From: a bacterium
GTDB taxonomy: Bacteria > Sysuimicrobiota > Sysuimicrobiia > Sysuimicrobiales > Segetimicrobiaceae
DNA: 64,000 nt
NCBI GenBank assembly: GCA_035703895.1
Contig: DASSXJ010000113.1
Location: 4,159-68,158 of the forward strand
Direction: 5' to 3'
Shown here: piece by piece, positions 9,342-17,692 of the stretch
How the letters are laid out: each line of letters opens with the position of its first letter
Position numbering within the stretch: the stretch's first letter is position 1
Notes under the pieces: generated by a model
What the model was told of the DNA's origin: nothing
The model's database searches: none
The model's input: only the letters and a program-made list of their open reading frames with translations
Position numbers and translations under genes: made by a program

Positions 9342-10550
9342 ATGCCAAGGAGAAACCCAGCCAGAAAAGCGGCGGCACGTCAGTCGCGCGGACCTCAGCG
9401 AGTCTTCGGAACACCCCGACCGTCGCAGCACAAGGTCAATTTCAACACGCCGCACCCTCCCTCAACGGGGGTGCCCTTTCAGCAGCTTCCGCCCCCGACC
9501 GGCCGCGCGCCCTACCACATGGCCCTGCAGGACATCATCCCCTCAAGTGTCATGACGGCGATCACGAATGAGGGGAAGATGGTCTTCCACACAGTCGGCG
9601 ATACCGGCGGGATCATGGATGCGACCCCGCAGCTTCTCGTAGCCAACGAGATGGAGAATGACTTTCAGAATCCGCCGAAGAGCCTCTCGGACAACCCGGT
9701 CTTTTTCTACCATTTGGGGGATGTCATCTACTTCAAGGGTGAAGCCGCCAATTACTATCCACAGTTCTACGAGCCGTACCAACATTACCCGGCGCCGATT
9801 GTAGCCATCCCCGGAAACCACGACGGCATTCCCAGTGATCCGAATACCCCGTCGTTGCAGGCATTCATGAGGAATTTCTGTTCCCCGCTACCCACGCACA
9901 GTGCGGATGCGGTAGATGCGACCCGCACCACCATGACCCTGCCGAACGTATACTGGACGTTCGACACCCCCTTCGCCACGATCATCGGATGGTACACGAA
10001 CACCCCCGATCACGGGGAGCTCGACGATCAGCAGATCCAGTGGCTGACCAGCGAACTGAAAGCGGCGCCATCGAAGCGGGCGCTGATTGTCGCCATGCAC
10101 CACCCTATTTTCTCCGCGGATACCGTCCACAGTGGCAGCCAGTATCTGGAAAAGGTGCTCAACGATGCGGTGGCCGCTTCGAAGCGCTTCCCCGACCTCG
10201 TCCTCACCGCGCACGTCCACAACTACCAGCGTTTCACACGTGTCGCGGGGAAACGACAGATTCCGTACATCGTGGCGGGCGCGGGAGGTTATCACAACCT
10301 CCATTATGTCGCCAAAGTGAACGGCCAGAATATGGCCACCCCCGCCCAGGGTCCCGAGCCGGGAGTGACACTGGAACACTATGTAGACAACCGGCACGGC
10401 TTCCTGCGACTGGAAGTGACCAACACAATCATCACTGGAACATATTTTGTCGCGCCGCGTCCGCAAGAACCATGGAGGGGAACCCCAACGCTCGCCGACA
10501 AGTTCACGTTGGACTGGACGGCCAATCAGCTGGTTCCGCTCCAGCCGTAG
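9342..10550 (+). CDS. metallophosphoesterase (calcineurin-like phosphoesterase) with a Pro/Arg-rich N-terminal extension
   Basis: Metal-binding motifs: VGDTGG, HLGDVIY, GNHD, and MHHP...HVHNYQR (GNH[DE]/GH triad pattern). The first ~60 aa (MPRRNPARKAAARQSRGPQRVFGTPRPSQ...PPPTGRAPYH) are low-complexity. The true start could be ATG 9342 (GAGAGGG SD) or the internal ATG at 9579. Confidence 0.8.
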   Translation: MPRRNPARKAAARQSRGPQRVFGTPRPSQHKVNFNTPHPPSTGVPFQQLPPPTGRAPYHMALQDIIPSSVMTAITNEGKMVFHTVGDTGGIMDATPQLLVANEMENDFQNPPKSLSDNPVFFYHLGDVIYFKGEAANYYPQFYEPYQHYPAPIVAIPGNHDGIPSDPNTPSLQAFMRNFCSPLPTHSADAVDATRTTMTLPNVYWTFDTPFATIIGWYTNTPDHGELDDQQIQWLTSELKAAPSKRALIVAMHHPIFSADTVHSGSQYLEKVLNDAVAASKRFPDLVLTAHVHNYQRFTRVAGKRQIPYIVAGAGGYHNLHYVAKVNGQNMATPAQGPEPGVTLEHYVDNRHGFLRLEVTNTIITGTYFVAPRPQEPWRGTPTLADKFTLDWTANQLVPLQP

Positions 10551-10657
10551 ACAATCCCGGCCCAGGCGGTCAGGGGGTCGATTTCCTCTCTATCGTTGAC
10601 AATCCGGGGCTGGTGCGAGAAACGTTCTAGGCCGGATGGCGCCAGCCGTGCGGTCCC

Positions 10658-10852
10658 CTACCCCACTTTCTTGATCGGCACGTTGTGCGACTTCCCGCAG
10701 CGAGGGCATGCCAGCTCGTAGACTCCTTCAAGGTACGCGGACAGAGGATATGGGCTCCACGTTCCGTCCTTGGACGAAAGCCGTGAAGAACAGTTAGGAC
10801 ACGTTACGCCCCGCTCTAGGAACGCAGAGAGCTCCATCACTGCCAGCTGCAT
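10658..10852 (-). CDS. small zinc-ribbon protein (64 aa), hypothetical
   Basis: CPNC...CPRC pair (C-x2-C...C-x2-C). GAGGGG RBS about 6 nt upstream. It sits in a low-GC island, divergent from the small peptide ORF at 10990. Confidence 0.45.
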   Translation of the reverse strand: MQLAVMELSAFLERGVTCPNCSSRLSSKDGTWSPYPLSAYLEGVYELACPRCGKSHNVPIKKVG

Positions 10853-10923
10853 TGCGCCACCCCTCGTTAGCGCTGCATCCGAGCAGGGTACAGAATCGCG
10901 GAAAGGACACCCACGGGTTATAT

Positions 10924-10937
10924 AGTATCAGAATACT
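10924..10937. promoter_or_regulatory. inverted repeat AGTAT-N4-ATACT next to an AT-rich -10-like element (TTATATAGT)
   Basis: Seen directly at 10918-10937, about 55 nt upstream of the small ORF 10990. It is a candidate operator in the divergent promoter region between the Zn-ribbon ORF and the peptide ORF. Confidence 0.3.
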
Positions 10938-10989
10938 CGGCCGTTCGGCGGTACTTAACAGACACATCACATTGCTGGAGGTGTGGCAG

Positions 10990-11145
10990 ATGAGAGGGTT
11001 TCTGTCATTCGTCGTAGGGGCTTGCTTCGTGGTCTTCGCGAGTATCGTGGTTGTTCCCGGTACGGTGTCCCAGCCTCACCCCGCAGGGCTCGGAGGAATC
11101 CATGTGGTTCTGGTTCCTGCCGGAGATGACCCCGGCGGCCACTAG
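10990..11145 (+). CDS. small pre-peptide-like ORF (51 aa) with a signal-peptide/TM-like N-terminus
   Basis: MRGFLSFVVGACFVVFASIVVVPGTVSQPHPAGLGGIHVVLVPAGDDPGGH. GGAGGTG SD 6 nt upstream of the ATG. It lies 220 nt upstream of the XRE-TPR regulator on the same strand. Its codon usage is atypical for this genome. Confidence 0.4.
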   Translation: MRGFLSFVVGACFVVFASIVVVPGTVSQPHPAGLGGIHVVLVPAGDDPGGH

Positions 11146-11364
11146 GTGAGGACCACCAACGGCTCGGTAACAACATGAGGTAACGTCAACGCCGAGCGGC
11201 CGTTTTCAAGCCTTGATCGCACTGCTGTGGTTCCTAGACTCGGCCGGTCCCTCGGCCGGGCTGAAGAATGCGCGGAATAAAGGTATTGGGTCAGAAAAAC
11301 CCGAAAGTGAGCAACCCAAACCACCGGAATTACGAAGGTAAACCCGTTCTGAGCGAGGATTCCA

Positions 11365-12675
11365 ATGGCTTTGCTTGGCGACCGAATACGAAGCCGACGC
11401 AGGGAACTGGGCCTCACGCAATCCAAGCTCGGGGGCGGGGAGCTGACGAAGGGCTTTATCAGCCTCGTTGAGACAGGGCGGACTAAACCCTCGATTGAGA
11501 CCTTGATGCTGCTGGCCGGCCGGCTCCAGAAACCGGTCGGATACTTCCTCGAAGAGGACACGCCGTTAAGCCGGAAGGCACTTCGGATCATGATCGCGTC
11601 CGCCTGGGTCGCGCTGAAACGTGCGGAATTTACACAGGCGGCGGAGTCCTTCGAACAGGCACGCGGTATCGCCCGGAAACACGACGAGGCGGTTGAAGCG
11701 GAGTGCTGTATCGGGTTGGGATCGGCGCTTGCGGGCCTCCGGCAGCTTGATCTTGCACGACGAAACGTCCAACGTGGCAAAGAGTTGGCTGAGGCCACGG
11801 GGAACTCTCAACTGCTTGTGAGGGTCAATCACGTCTTCGGGCTGATAGAGTTCTACGCACGCAATTTTTCAGGCGCCCGGCAGTATTTTCTTGAGGGGCA
11901 TCGCCTCCTGCGTGAGGTCGGCGACCCCGATCTCTCCCTTGCCGGAGAGTTCCTGTTGAAGATCGGGATCACTCACGAAGAGATCGGTGACTATGATGAG
12001 GCGACCCGCTGGTATCAAAAAGCCCTGAGCGCGCTTGAGCCTACGGAGGATCTCGAGCGCATCGGGATGATTCACGTCCGACTCGGCGTGACCTACCGCG
12101 AGAGTGGCCATCACGACATCGCGTTGGCGCAACTGAATCGGGCCGAGCACATTTTCGAGTTACGAAACTCTCTTCGCCTGCTGGCGCAAGCGCGCAACAG
12201 CATCGGGATTACGCTCCTGGAGCAAGGGAAGACGAGTGAAGCACTGATTCAGCTGCGCAGCAGCTTGAATATCAAGGAGATGGTGGGGGACGACCCCGGA
12301 CGGGCGCGAACGCTCACCGAGATCGCCCGGGCACTCATTGCGAAGGGTGCCTTCGAGGAGGCGGGAGACGCCCTCACGCAGGCTGAACGTCTCACGAAGA
12401 AGATTCGGGATGCGACTGAGGGGGCCAGGATCACGCTGGTGCGCGCGCGGCTTTTCCGCGCCATGGGGCGGCTGACCGAGGCGGTCAAGCACTACAAGGA
12501 GGCGGTCACCTCGTTCGATAAGCTGAGCATGCGCACGTATCTTGGAACCGCCTGCAACGAGTTGGGAAACGTCCTCATCAGGCAAAAACGTCGTTCAGAA
12601 GCGGCCCCGTACCTCGCCCGCGCCCTACGATCATTGCAGCCTCTTCACGGACCCCGTTCGACGGAAATGGTGTAG
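11365..12675 (+). CDS. XRE-family helix-turn-helix transcriptional regulator with C-terminal TPR repeat domain (RNPP/Rgg-like architecture)
   Basis: N-terminal HTH_XRE: LGDRIRSRRRELGLTQSKLG...GFISLVETGRTKPSIETLMLLAGRLQKPVGYFL. The remaining ~370 aa contain several TPR-like helical repeats (e.g. EEAIELYQKAL-type segments such as EATRWYQKALSAL and EAVKHYKEAVTSF). GAGGA RBS. Confidence 0.85.
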   Translation: MALLGDRIRSRRRELGLTQSKLGGGELTKGFISLVETGRTKPSIETLMLLAGRLQKPVGYFLEEDTPLSRKALRIMIASAWVALKRAEFTQAAESFEQARGIARKHDEAVEAECCIGLGSALAGLRQLDLARRNVQRGKELAEATGNSQLLVRVNHVFGLIEFYARNFSGARQYFLEGHRLLREVGDPDLSLAGEFLLKIGITHEEIGDYDEATRWYQKALSALEPTEDLERIGMIHVRLGVTYRESGHHDIALAQLNRAEHIFELRNSLRLLAQARNSIGITLLEQGKTSEALIQLRSSLNIKEMVGDDPGRARTLTEIARALIAKGAFEEAGDALTQAERLTKKIRDATEGARITLVRARLFRAMGRLTEAVKHYKEAVTSFDKLSMRTYLGTACNELGNVLIRQKRRSEAAPYLARALRSLQPLHGPRSTEMV

Positions 12676-12689
12676 CGAGCTTCTCCGCC

Positions 12690-14414
12690 CTAGAGCCCCA
12701 GGGCTCCCACCAACCACAAAGCCGCTTGACCGCGCGAGAGTTCGCTGCTCGGCCAATCGAGGGTGTTCCCTACAACATTCTCGATATCTCGGCGGTTTTG
12801 ATCGGTGAGTAAGTCGTTGGGGCGGAGGGTCATGTCATCGAACCCGCTCATGACGCCGCTCACGCCGAGCATATTTGCGGCGACAAAGAGGTCCCTGTTA
12901 TCGAACGAGATATCAGCCCACCAGTAAAGTGGGACTCCGACGTCGAGCAATGCGTGCTGATAGTCCCTCAACAACGCGGCCGTCTGCCACACGCTCCGCG
13001 GCTGCACACCCCGCTTGACGCAGAACGCGGCAAGCGCTCCGGCCGACTCGCCGATATTCCATTCGACGGGATGCAAGCGATAGGCACCGTTGGTGACATG
13101 CGTGACTCCGATGTTCTTGCACGAAGCAAGCAGGTTCGTCACCCGAACTGGGATGAGCGCCCCTACCGGGATCTGAAACGGTTTCACATTCAGAAACATT
13201 TGGGGCATCCCGACCGCGCGAAGCCCGTGGATGTCCATACCCCCGTAGTGGCCGATGCCGCACGAGTCGGCAAAGAGCTTCCCTCGGGGACCAGGATTGT
13301 AACTCGCGTCGACATCTTGCTGCACGATCGTCTTGAGCGCCTGAATGCGACGGGACTCCCGGACATACGGAGCCCGCGCGGTACCGTCCGGCGTACCGAA
13401 GAGGTCCCCGCGCGGCTTGAGTTCGGGGAACCCAGTTTGGTTAGGAATGTCGTCGCGTGGACATTCCGTCTGCAACCAATAGAGGTAGCCGAGCGAGGCC
13501 TGCCGTGCGGCTTCAATGATGGCTTGATCCGCAGTTGCGTTGCCGGTAGGAATGGTGGCTCCCTGATAATCGTTGCTGCCTGTGTTGATCATGCTCAGAT
13601 CGTACGGCAGCGCAGGATCATCAAAATTCCCCGCAGCGATGAAGCGCCGATAGCTCCACATATCCTTCCCAGGAACAAACATCGTGCTAATATAACCGTC
13701 AACGATCGTATAGTTCTGGTTCGCCTTAAGCTCGTCGTAGTTGGCCGGCCTTGCGATGGTGTACCTCTCCCCGTGTGGCCTGCGCTCGAGCGCTACCGGA
13801 ATGGTGATCGGTTGAATCCAGTCTGGGCGCGGCTGATCCGGAGCCCCCGGTTCTCCGGTCTGCGCGCGGCTTTCTGCCCCTAGAACATGCTCGACGCTTG
13901 CCAGCGGCAGCAGCTCGCCCAGATCGGTCGCATCCAGGAAAAATTTCGCAACATAACGGGTTGAAACGCCGTTGGTGTCGGTCGTCGAAAGCCCCCGAAC
14001 TGTATCGTCCTGAACGTCGGCACCGGTTACCCGCGTTTGCGACCGAAAGTGGAGATTCGGTGCTGCGGTCAGCTGCTGATGCAGCACGTCATGTCCGACG
14101 CGGGGATGCATCGAAAAACCTGGGTACCCTCCCCCGGGGTTCAGCGCCGGTTGACTGCGGCCTGGGGCCGACAATTGAAAGTTGTTCCGATAGAAGAGCC
14201 GAACCAAGTGGCGGAACTCGCGGTAGGATGCGGTGCTGCCAACCGTTTCGACGTATCGGTTTTCGTCTGGCTTCGTGACCCCCTGTGCCGTGAACTGGCC
14301 ACCGACCCAATCTGTCGCTTCGAGCAAACACACGCTTGCCCCCGTGCTCGCAGCTCGCAAGGCGGCCGCAACGCCACCGAGACTGGCACCGACAATCACG
14401 ACGTCGTAGCTCAA
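12690..14414 (-). CDS. FAD-dependent oxidoreductase (PF12831-like)
   Basis: N-terminal dinucleotide-binding motif YDVVIVGASLGGVAAALRAASTGASVCLLE. 574 aa. Same strand as, and immediately downstream of, the DMFase-like gene. Confidence 0.85.
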   Translation of the reverse strand: MSYDVVIVGASLGGVAAALRAASTGASVCLLEATDWVGGQFTAQGVTKPDENRYVETVGSTASYREFRHLVRLFYRNNFQLSAPGRSQPALNPGGGYPGFSMHPRVGHDVLHQQLTAAPNLHFRSQTRVTGADVQDDTVRGLSTTDTNGVSTRYVAKFFLDATDLGELLPLASVEHVLGAESRAQTGEPGAPDQPRPDWIQPITIPVALERRPHGERYTIARPANYDELKANQNYTIVDGYISTMFVPGKDMWSYRRFIAAGNFDDPALPYDLSMINTGSNDYQGATIPTGNATADQAIIEAARQASLGYLYWLQTECPRDDIPNQTGFPELKPRGDLFGTPDGTARAPYVRESRRIQALKTIVQQDVDASYNPGPRGKLFADSCGIGHYGGMDIHGLRAVGMPQMFLNVKPFQIPVGALIPVRVTNLLASCKNIGVTHVTNGAYRLHPVEWNIGESAGALAAFCVKRGVQPRSVWQTAALLRDYQHALLDVGVPLYWWADISFDNRDLFVAANMLGVSGVMSGFDDMTLRPNDLLTDQNRRDIENVVGNTLDWPSSELSRGQAALWLVGALGL

Positions 14415-14471
14415 CTCAGCTATGGGTATGCCCCCGCCGCGGGGTGACCTCCAGTAGGGATGCCGTGATTC

Positions 14472-16313
14472 TCACCGGCGATCGACCCAATCCGGATGCC
14501 CCGGAATTGCCATCACGGCAACGTTGTCAAACCAGGCCCGAAGACCGCCCGCGACCTGGATCTTCACGCGTGCCGGGAACACGGACTTGTCGCCTTGCAC
14601 CGATCCCACCGCGAACAGGTATTCCCAGTTTCCACTGCCGGTGTGTGCGGCCGTGACAAAATCAGCCCACGTATCGGTGGTCTGCAGCCGGATCGTCGCA
14701 CCCGGCGCGTACGCCTTGGCCCAACAGCCGACGCCGTACGTGGTCTCCGCCGCGCACAGGAGGCCTGGCTGGCTGATCCACGTCTCGCCCGCGGCCGCGT
14801 CAACCTTCAGGCTGAAATGGCCACCTCCATCATTACGGACGTTGGTGAAGTTGGGATCCGGCACGGCGCGCTCGGCGGACACGCGGCCCGCGCCGTCGAG
14901 CGACCAGCCGACGGGACCGGCGTTGATCCATTGCTCGAAGCCCGAGTTGGCGATCTCGAGGCCCGGGGGCCACGTGCCGGAGAGCCCGCGCAGTAGGTTT
15001 TTCGTGATCTGATCGACCGGGGTCCACGTCGCGTTGAGGCTGAGACCCCCGGCCCAGTTCACCGTCGCGGCGGTAAACACGGTGCCGTGCCGCTGATAGA
15101 TTCCCATCGTCGCCTGGCCCCGCTGTGCGTCCGGTGGGGCCCAATCGGATAGGTCTGCCGTCGCCAAGACGACGAAGTTCTTCGGCGTGCCGTCAGAGCC
15201 GACCACTTTGGGGGGAACGCTCCCCGCCGCGATGACCGCGGCGTCGGTTTCATAGCCGATGATGGTGTCGTCGACACTCGCGCCTTTGCCGAATTCATCG
15301 CCATCCGCCACCCCTGCGCCCCGGAACACCCAGTGAGCGGCGTTCGTTACGCGGTATCCTCGGTAGCGCTGCGCTGGGACGATCGGGTGGGGATCCCACA
15401 TGCCGGCTCCGGTCCGATAACTCACCCCTGTCATCGAGTTCTCCGGACGCAGCACCGGCGTCTCGTGCCAGTGGACGGTAATCCGCTCCGGAGGTTGTCG
15501 CTGGGGGTCTTGGATGTGCCCGGGGTTGATGACGGCATCCGTTTCTTTGTAGCACACCATGATGCGGCCACCGTTGCTGAAGTCAAACCGGATCTGCCAC
15601 CAGCACGTGTTTCCGCAGAAGAAGCCCACGTTTCCGCCGTTCCCGATAAATGCCTCTACCTGGTCACGCATCTCCCAGGACCAGTACTCGTCATGGCCGA
15701 AGCTGAGCAGCAATCGATAGTTCTCGAGCAGCCGTGGATTCGTATGCAGGTCCATCGCCGAGCAATACTCGAGCTCGAATCCGTTGGCTTCAGCCCACCG
15801 CAGAAACGGCAGCTGGTAGCTCTCGTAGAGGTCGAGGTCAGCGTACGGGCGATCGAACGAGATCCTGGGGGCAAACGGACTGCTGTACAGGCTCCGACCG
15901 CCCCACGCATTGTATGCCTGCGTAGTCGTGTCATTGATCTTGACGAGGATCTTGGACCTCGCGCCGGGCGCGGCGGATCGTACCACGAACGGAATCCACG
16001 CCACCTGGTCGGCGGAGATGAGCTTCCCGACGTAGTATCCGCTGGTCCAGGGCGAAGGGATCGTGATCTGGCACCCCGCGGCCGGCGGCCAGCTGCAGCC
16101 GGTGGCGGCGAGACGCGCATCATCCTGGGCGCCTGGCGTGAACGCGGTTCCGTTGCGTGTCTCGACGAGCCGATCGCTCAGCCCGCGGCGGTAGATCTCC
16201 AGCGTGAAGCCATTATGCGTTTGGTCGGCGCGAACGCAGAAATTGACAGTGTCCCCGGGTGCCGCAGAGGTAAGGGATGCGTACCCTTCGATTGCCGCCA
16301 TATCTGCCTCCAT
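14472..16313 (-). CDS. N,N-dimethylformamidase large-subunit-like protein with a C-terminal CBM4/9-like beta-sandwich
   Basis: 613 aa. The central region (KINDTTTQAYNAWGGRSLY...FGHDEYWSWEMRD...VGFFCGNTCWWQIRF) resembles the widespread DmfA2-like family. The last ~150 aa (ANSGFEQW...GWSLDG...AWFDNVAV) look like a carbohydrate-binding-module-type jelly roll. This is a judgement from memory. Confidence 0.65.
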   Translation of the reverse strand: MEADMAAIEGYASLTSAAPGDTVNFCVRADQTHNGFTLEIYRRGLSDRLVETRNGTAFTPGAQDDARLAATGCSWPPAAGCQITIPSPWTSGYYVGKLISADQVAWIPFVVRSAAPGARSKILVKINDTTTQAYNAWGGRSLYSSPFAPRISFDRPYADLDLYESYQLPFLRWAEANGFELEYCSAMDLHTNPRLLENYRLLLSFGHDEYWSWEMRDQVEAFIGNGGNVGFFCGNTCWWQIRFDFSNGGRIMVCYKETDAVINPGHIQDPQRQPPERITVHWHETPVLRPENSMTGVSYRTGAGMWDPHPIVPAQRYRGYRVTNAAHWVFRGAGVADGDEFGKGASVDDTIIGYETDAAVIAAGSVPPKVVGSDGTPKNFVVLATADLSDWAPPDAQRGQATMGIYQRHGTVFTAATVNWAGGLSLNATWTPVDQITKNLLRGLSGTWPPGLEIANSGFEQWINAGPVGWSLDGAGRVSAERAVPDPNFTNVRNDGGGHFSLKVDAAAGETWISQPGLLCAAETTYGVGCWAKAYAPGATIRLQTTDTWADFVTAAHTGSGNWEYLFAVGSVQGDKSVFPARVKIQVAGGLRAWFDNVAVMAIPGHPDWVDRR

Positions 16314-16336
16314 CTTTGCGGGGAGCCGAATCTAGG

Positions 16337-16849
16337 TCACTTGACATGCCCGAGCTCCCTGGTCCAGTCGGTGGAGATGATGCGCTGCGCTTCCGCGAGG
16401 GTCATCAAACCGCCGCACACCTGCTGGTGGAGGTAGTTCTCGACTTTGTCCTTCTCGTGCGCGCCCGGAGTCGGCGAGTATGGTTCGGGCCAGAGATTCC
16501 GCGGACTCGTCGGGTTGCCGCCAAGTTCGAGTGAGATGAGGTGATCAAGCTCGTATGCGCTGGCTGATCCCCTTTCGCCGTACGCGGCCATGAGCCGCGT
16601 CTTCAGTGGGTTCGTGTAACTCACGGGAGGCCGGATCGTCTTCGTGTAGCCCTGGACGCAAATCGTCGTCTTGATGTTTGCTTGGGTCACGCTCGGGTTG
16701 AGGGCGCCCGGCGTGCAGCCGCGGTCCGGGAGCGGCCCGCTCACCACGCAGTGCGCTGGGACGCTTCCCGCGCTGAATTGGCCGGCGAGCGTGGCCGCGG
16801 TGAGCACGGCTGCGGCGATCGCCGCGTGGTGCGGAGAAACGCGCGCCAT
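16337..16849 (-). CDS. secreted protein with HNH/His-Me-finger-like motif (possible extracellular nuclease), hypothetical
   Basis: Signal peptide MARVSPHHAAIAAAVLTAATLAG. The motif YELDHLISLELGGNPTSPRNLWP resembles the DH...GG...N core of HNH nucleases but lacks the terminal Cys/His pair. It is 4 nt downstream of the membrane protein gene on the same strand. Confidence 0.6.
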   Translation of the reverse strand: MARVSPHHAAIAAAVLTAATLAGQFSAGSVPAHCVVSGPLPDRGCTPGALNPSVTQANIKTTICVQGYTKTIRPPVSYTNPLKTRLMAAYGERGSASAYELDHLISLELGGNPTSPRNLWPEPYSPTPGAHEKDKVENYLHQQVCGGLMTLAEAQRIISTDWTRELGHVK

Positions 16850-16852
16850 GGC

Positions 16853-17692
16853 CTATGTCGCCTGCACCCGCTGCCGACGCGTCTTGGGCTTGGGGCCCGC
16901 CGAGCGAATGTTGGAAAAGCGGTTGAGGAGATCGAACCAGAAGGGCGCGCCGAGCGATACGGCGAAGACGGTGATGGCGAGGCCTGCGATCTTCATCACC
17001 CAATCGGCGAGCGTCGCCGGGTTAACCGTCCAGCCGATGGGCAGCGCGAACTCGGAGAGCGTGTTCACGGCGTCCTCAAGACGGGTGGCGCTTGCCTGTT
17101 GCGCCGCACCAGTCAGCGCGGCTCGGATGCCCTGTTCTTGCCAGAGCGTGGACGCTATGGCCACGCTGTCGACGCCCAAGAGGGCCACCACGAATGCGCC
17201 GATGGCAAACGTCACGAGCTGGATCTGGCGCTTGTACACGCCGCTTAGGCGATCCATGGTGCCGTCATACCAATCCTCAACCGCCTTGCGCTTCTCCTCG
17301 ATGCCACCTTGGGCGTTGGACAGGACGCTGCTGAGCGCATCTTTCGTTGATCCGTCGGGGAGTTTCGTGACGCTCTCTTCGATTGCGGCGAGGCTTCGCG
17401 TGCCCTTCGGCGGCACGAGTGCGTCGAAGAGCGCCTGCGCGAAGAGATCGCTCGGAATGTACGAAGGGCGGCGTCCGGGTTTCCCGGTGAGTCGCGCCAC
17501 GAGCGGATGCGCGAGGACGCGATCGGCGAGGGCCGGATCGGCGAGGAGATTCCTGATCCCCTCCTCGAGCAGCGTGGCGCGCCAGCTGAAGATCCCCCCC
17601 AGAAGCTCAGTGACGTGCGAAACAATGACGCTCAGCACGAAGTAGATGAAGATCAGACCGATCGCGACCTCGACGGACGCCGAGCCGAACAT
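16853..17692 (-). CDS. hypothetical integral membrane protein
   Basis: Hydrophobic helices at the N-terminus (VEVAIGLIFIYFVLSVIV), in the middle (LVTFAIGAFVVALLGV) and at the C-terminus (IAGLAITVFAVSLGAPFWF). Start is ATG 17692 (AGGGGGAA SD) or GTG 17806 (AAGGGAAG SD). Probably co-transcribed with 16337..16849. Confidence 0.6.
   Translation of the reverse strand: MFGSASVEVAIGLIFIYFVLSVIVSHVTELLGGIFSWRATLLEEGIRNLLADPALADRVLAHPLVARLTGKPGRRPSYIPSDLFAQALFDALVPPKGTRSLAAIEESVTKLPDGSTKDALSSVLSNAQGGIEEKRKAVEDWYDGTMDRLSGVYKRQIQLVTFAIGAFVVALLGVDSVAIASTLWQEQGIRAALTGAAQQASATRLEDAVNTLSEFALPIGWTVNPATLADWVMKIAGLAITVFAVSLGAPFWFDLLNRFSNIRSAGPKPKTRRQRVQAT

Noticed and set aside
9067-9555. 162-aa ORF spanning the patatin/phosphoesterase divergent region
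   Set aside because: It overlaps the start region of the patatin gene on the opposite strand and runs into the phosphoesterase ORF in another frame. The translation is Ser/Arg-rich with no features. More likely non-coding promoter DNA.
7263-10550. Patatin-like phospholipase as a CBASS/defence effector
   Set aside because: No cyclic-oligonucleotide synthase (CD-NTase), SMODS/SAVED sensor or other known defence partner is adjacent. The lipase carries its own membrane anchor like housekeeping patatin proteins. Kept only as a generic lipid-turnover pair.
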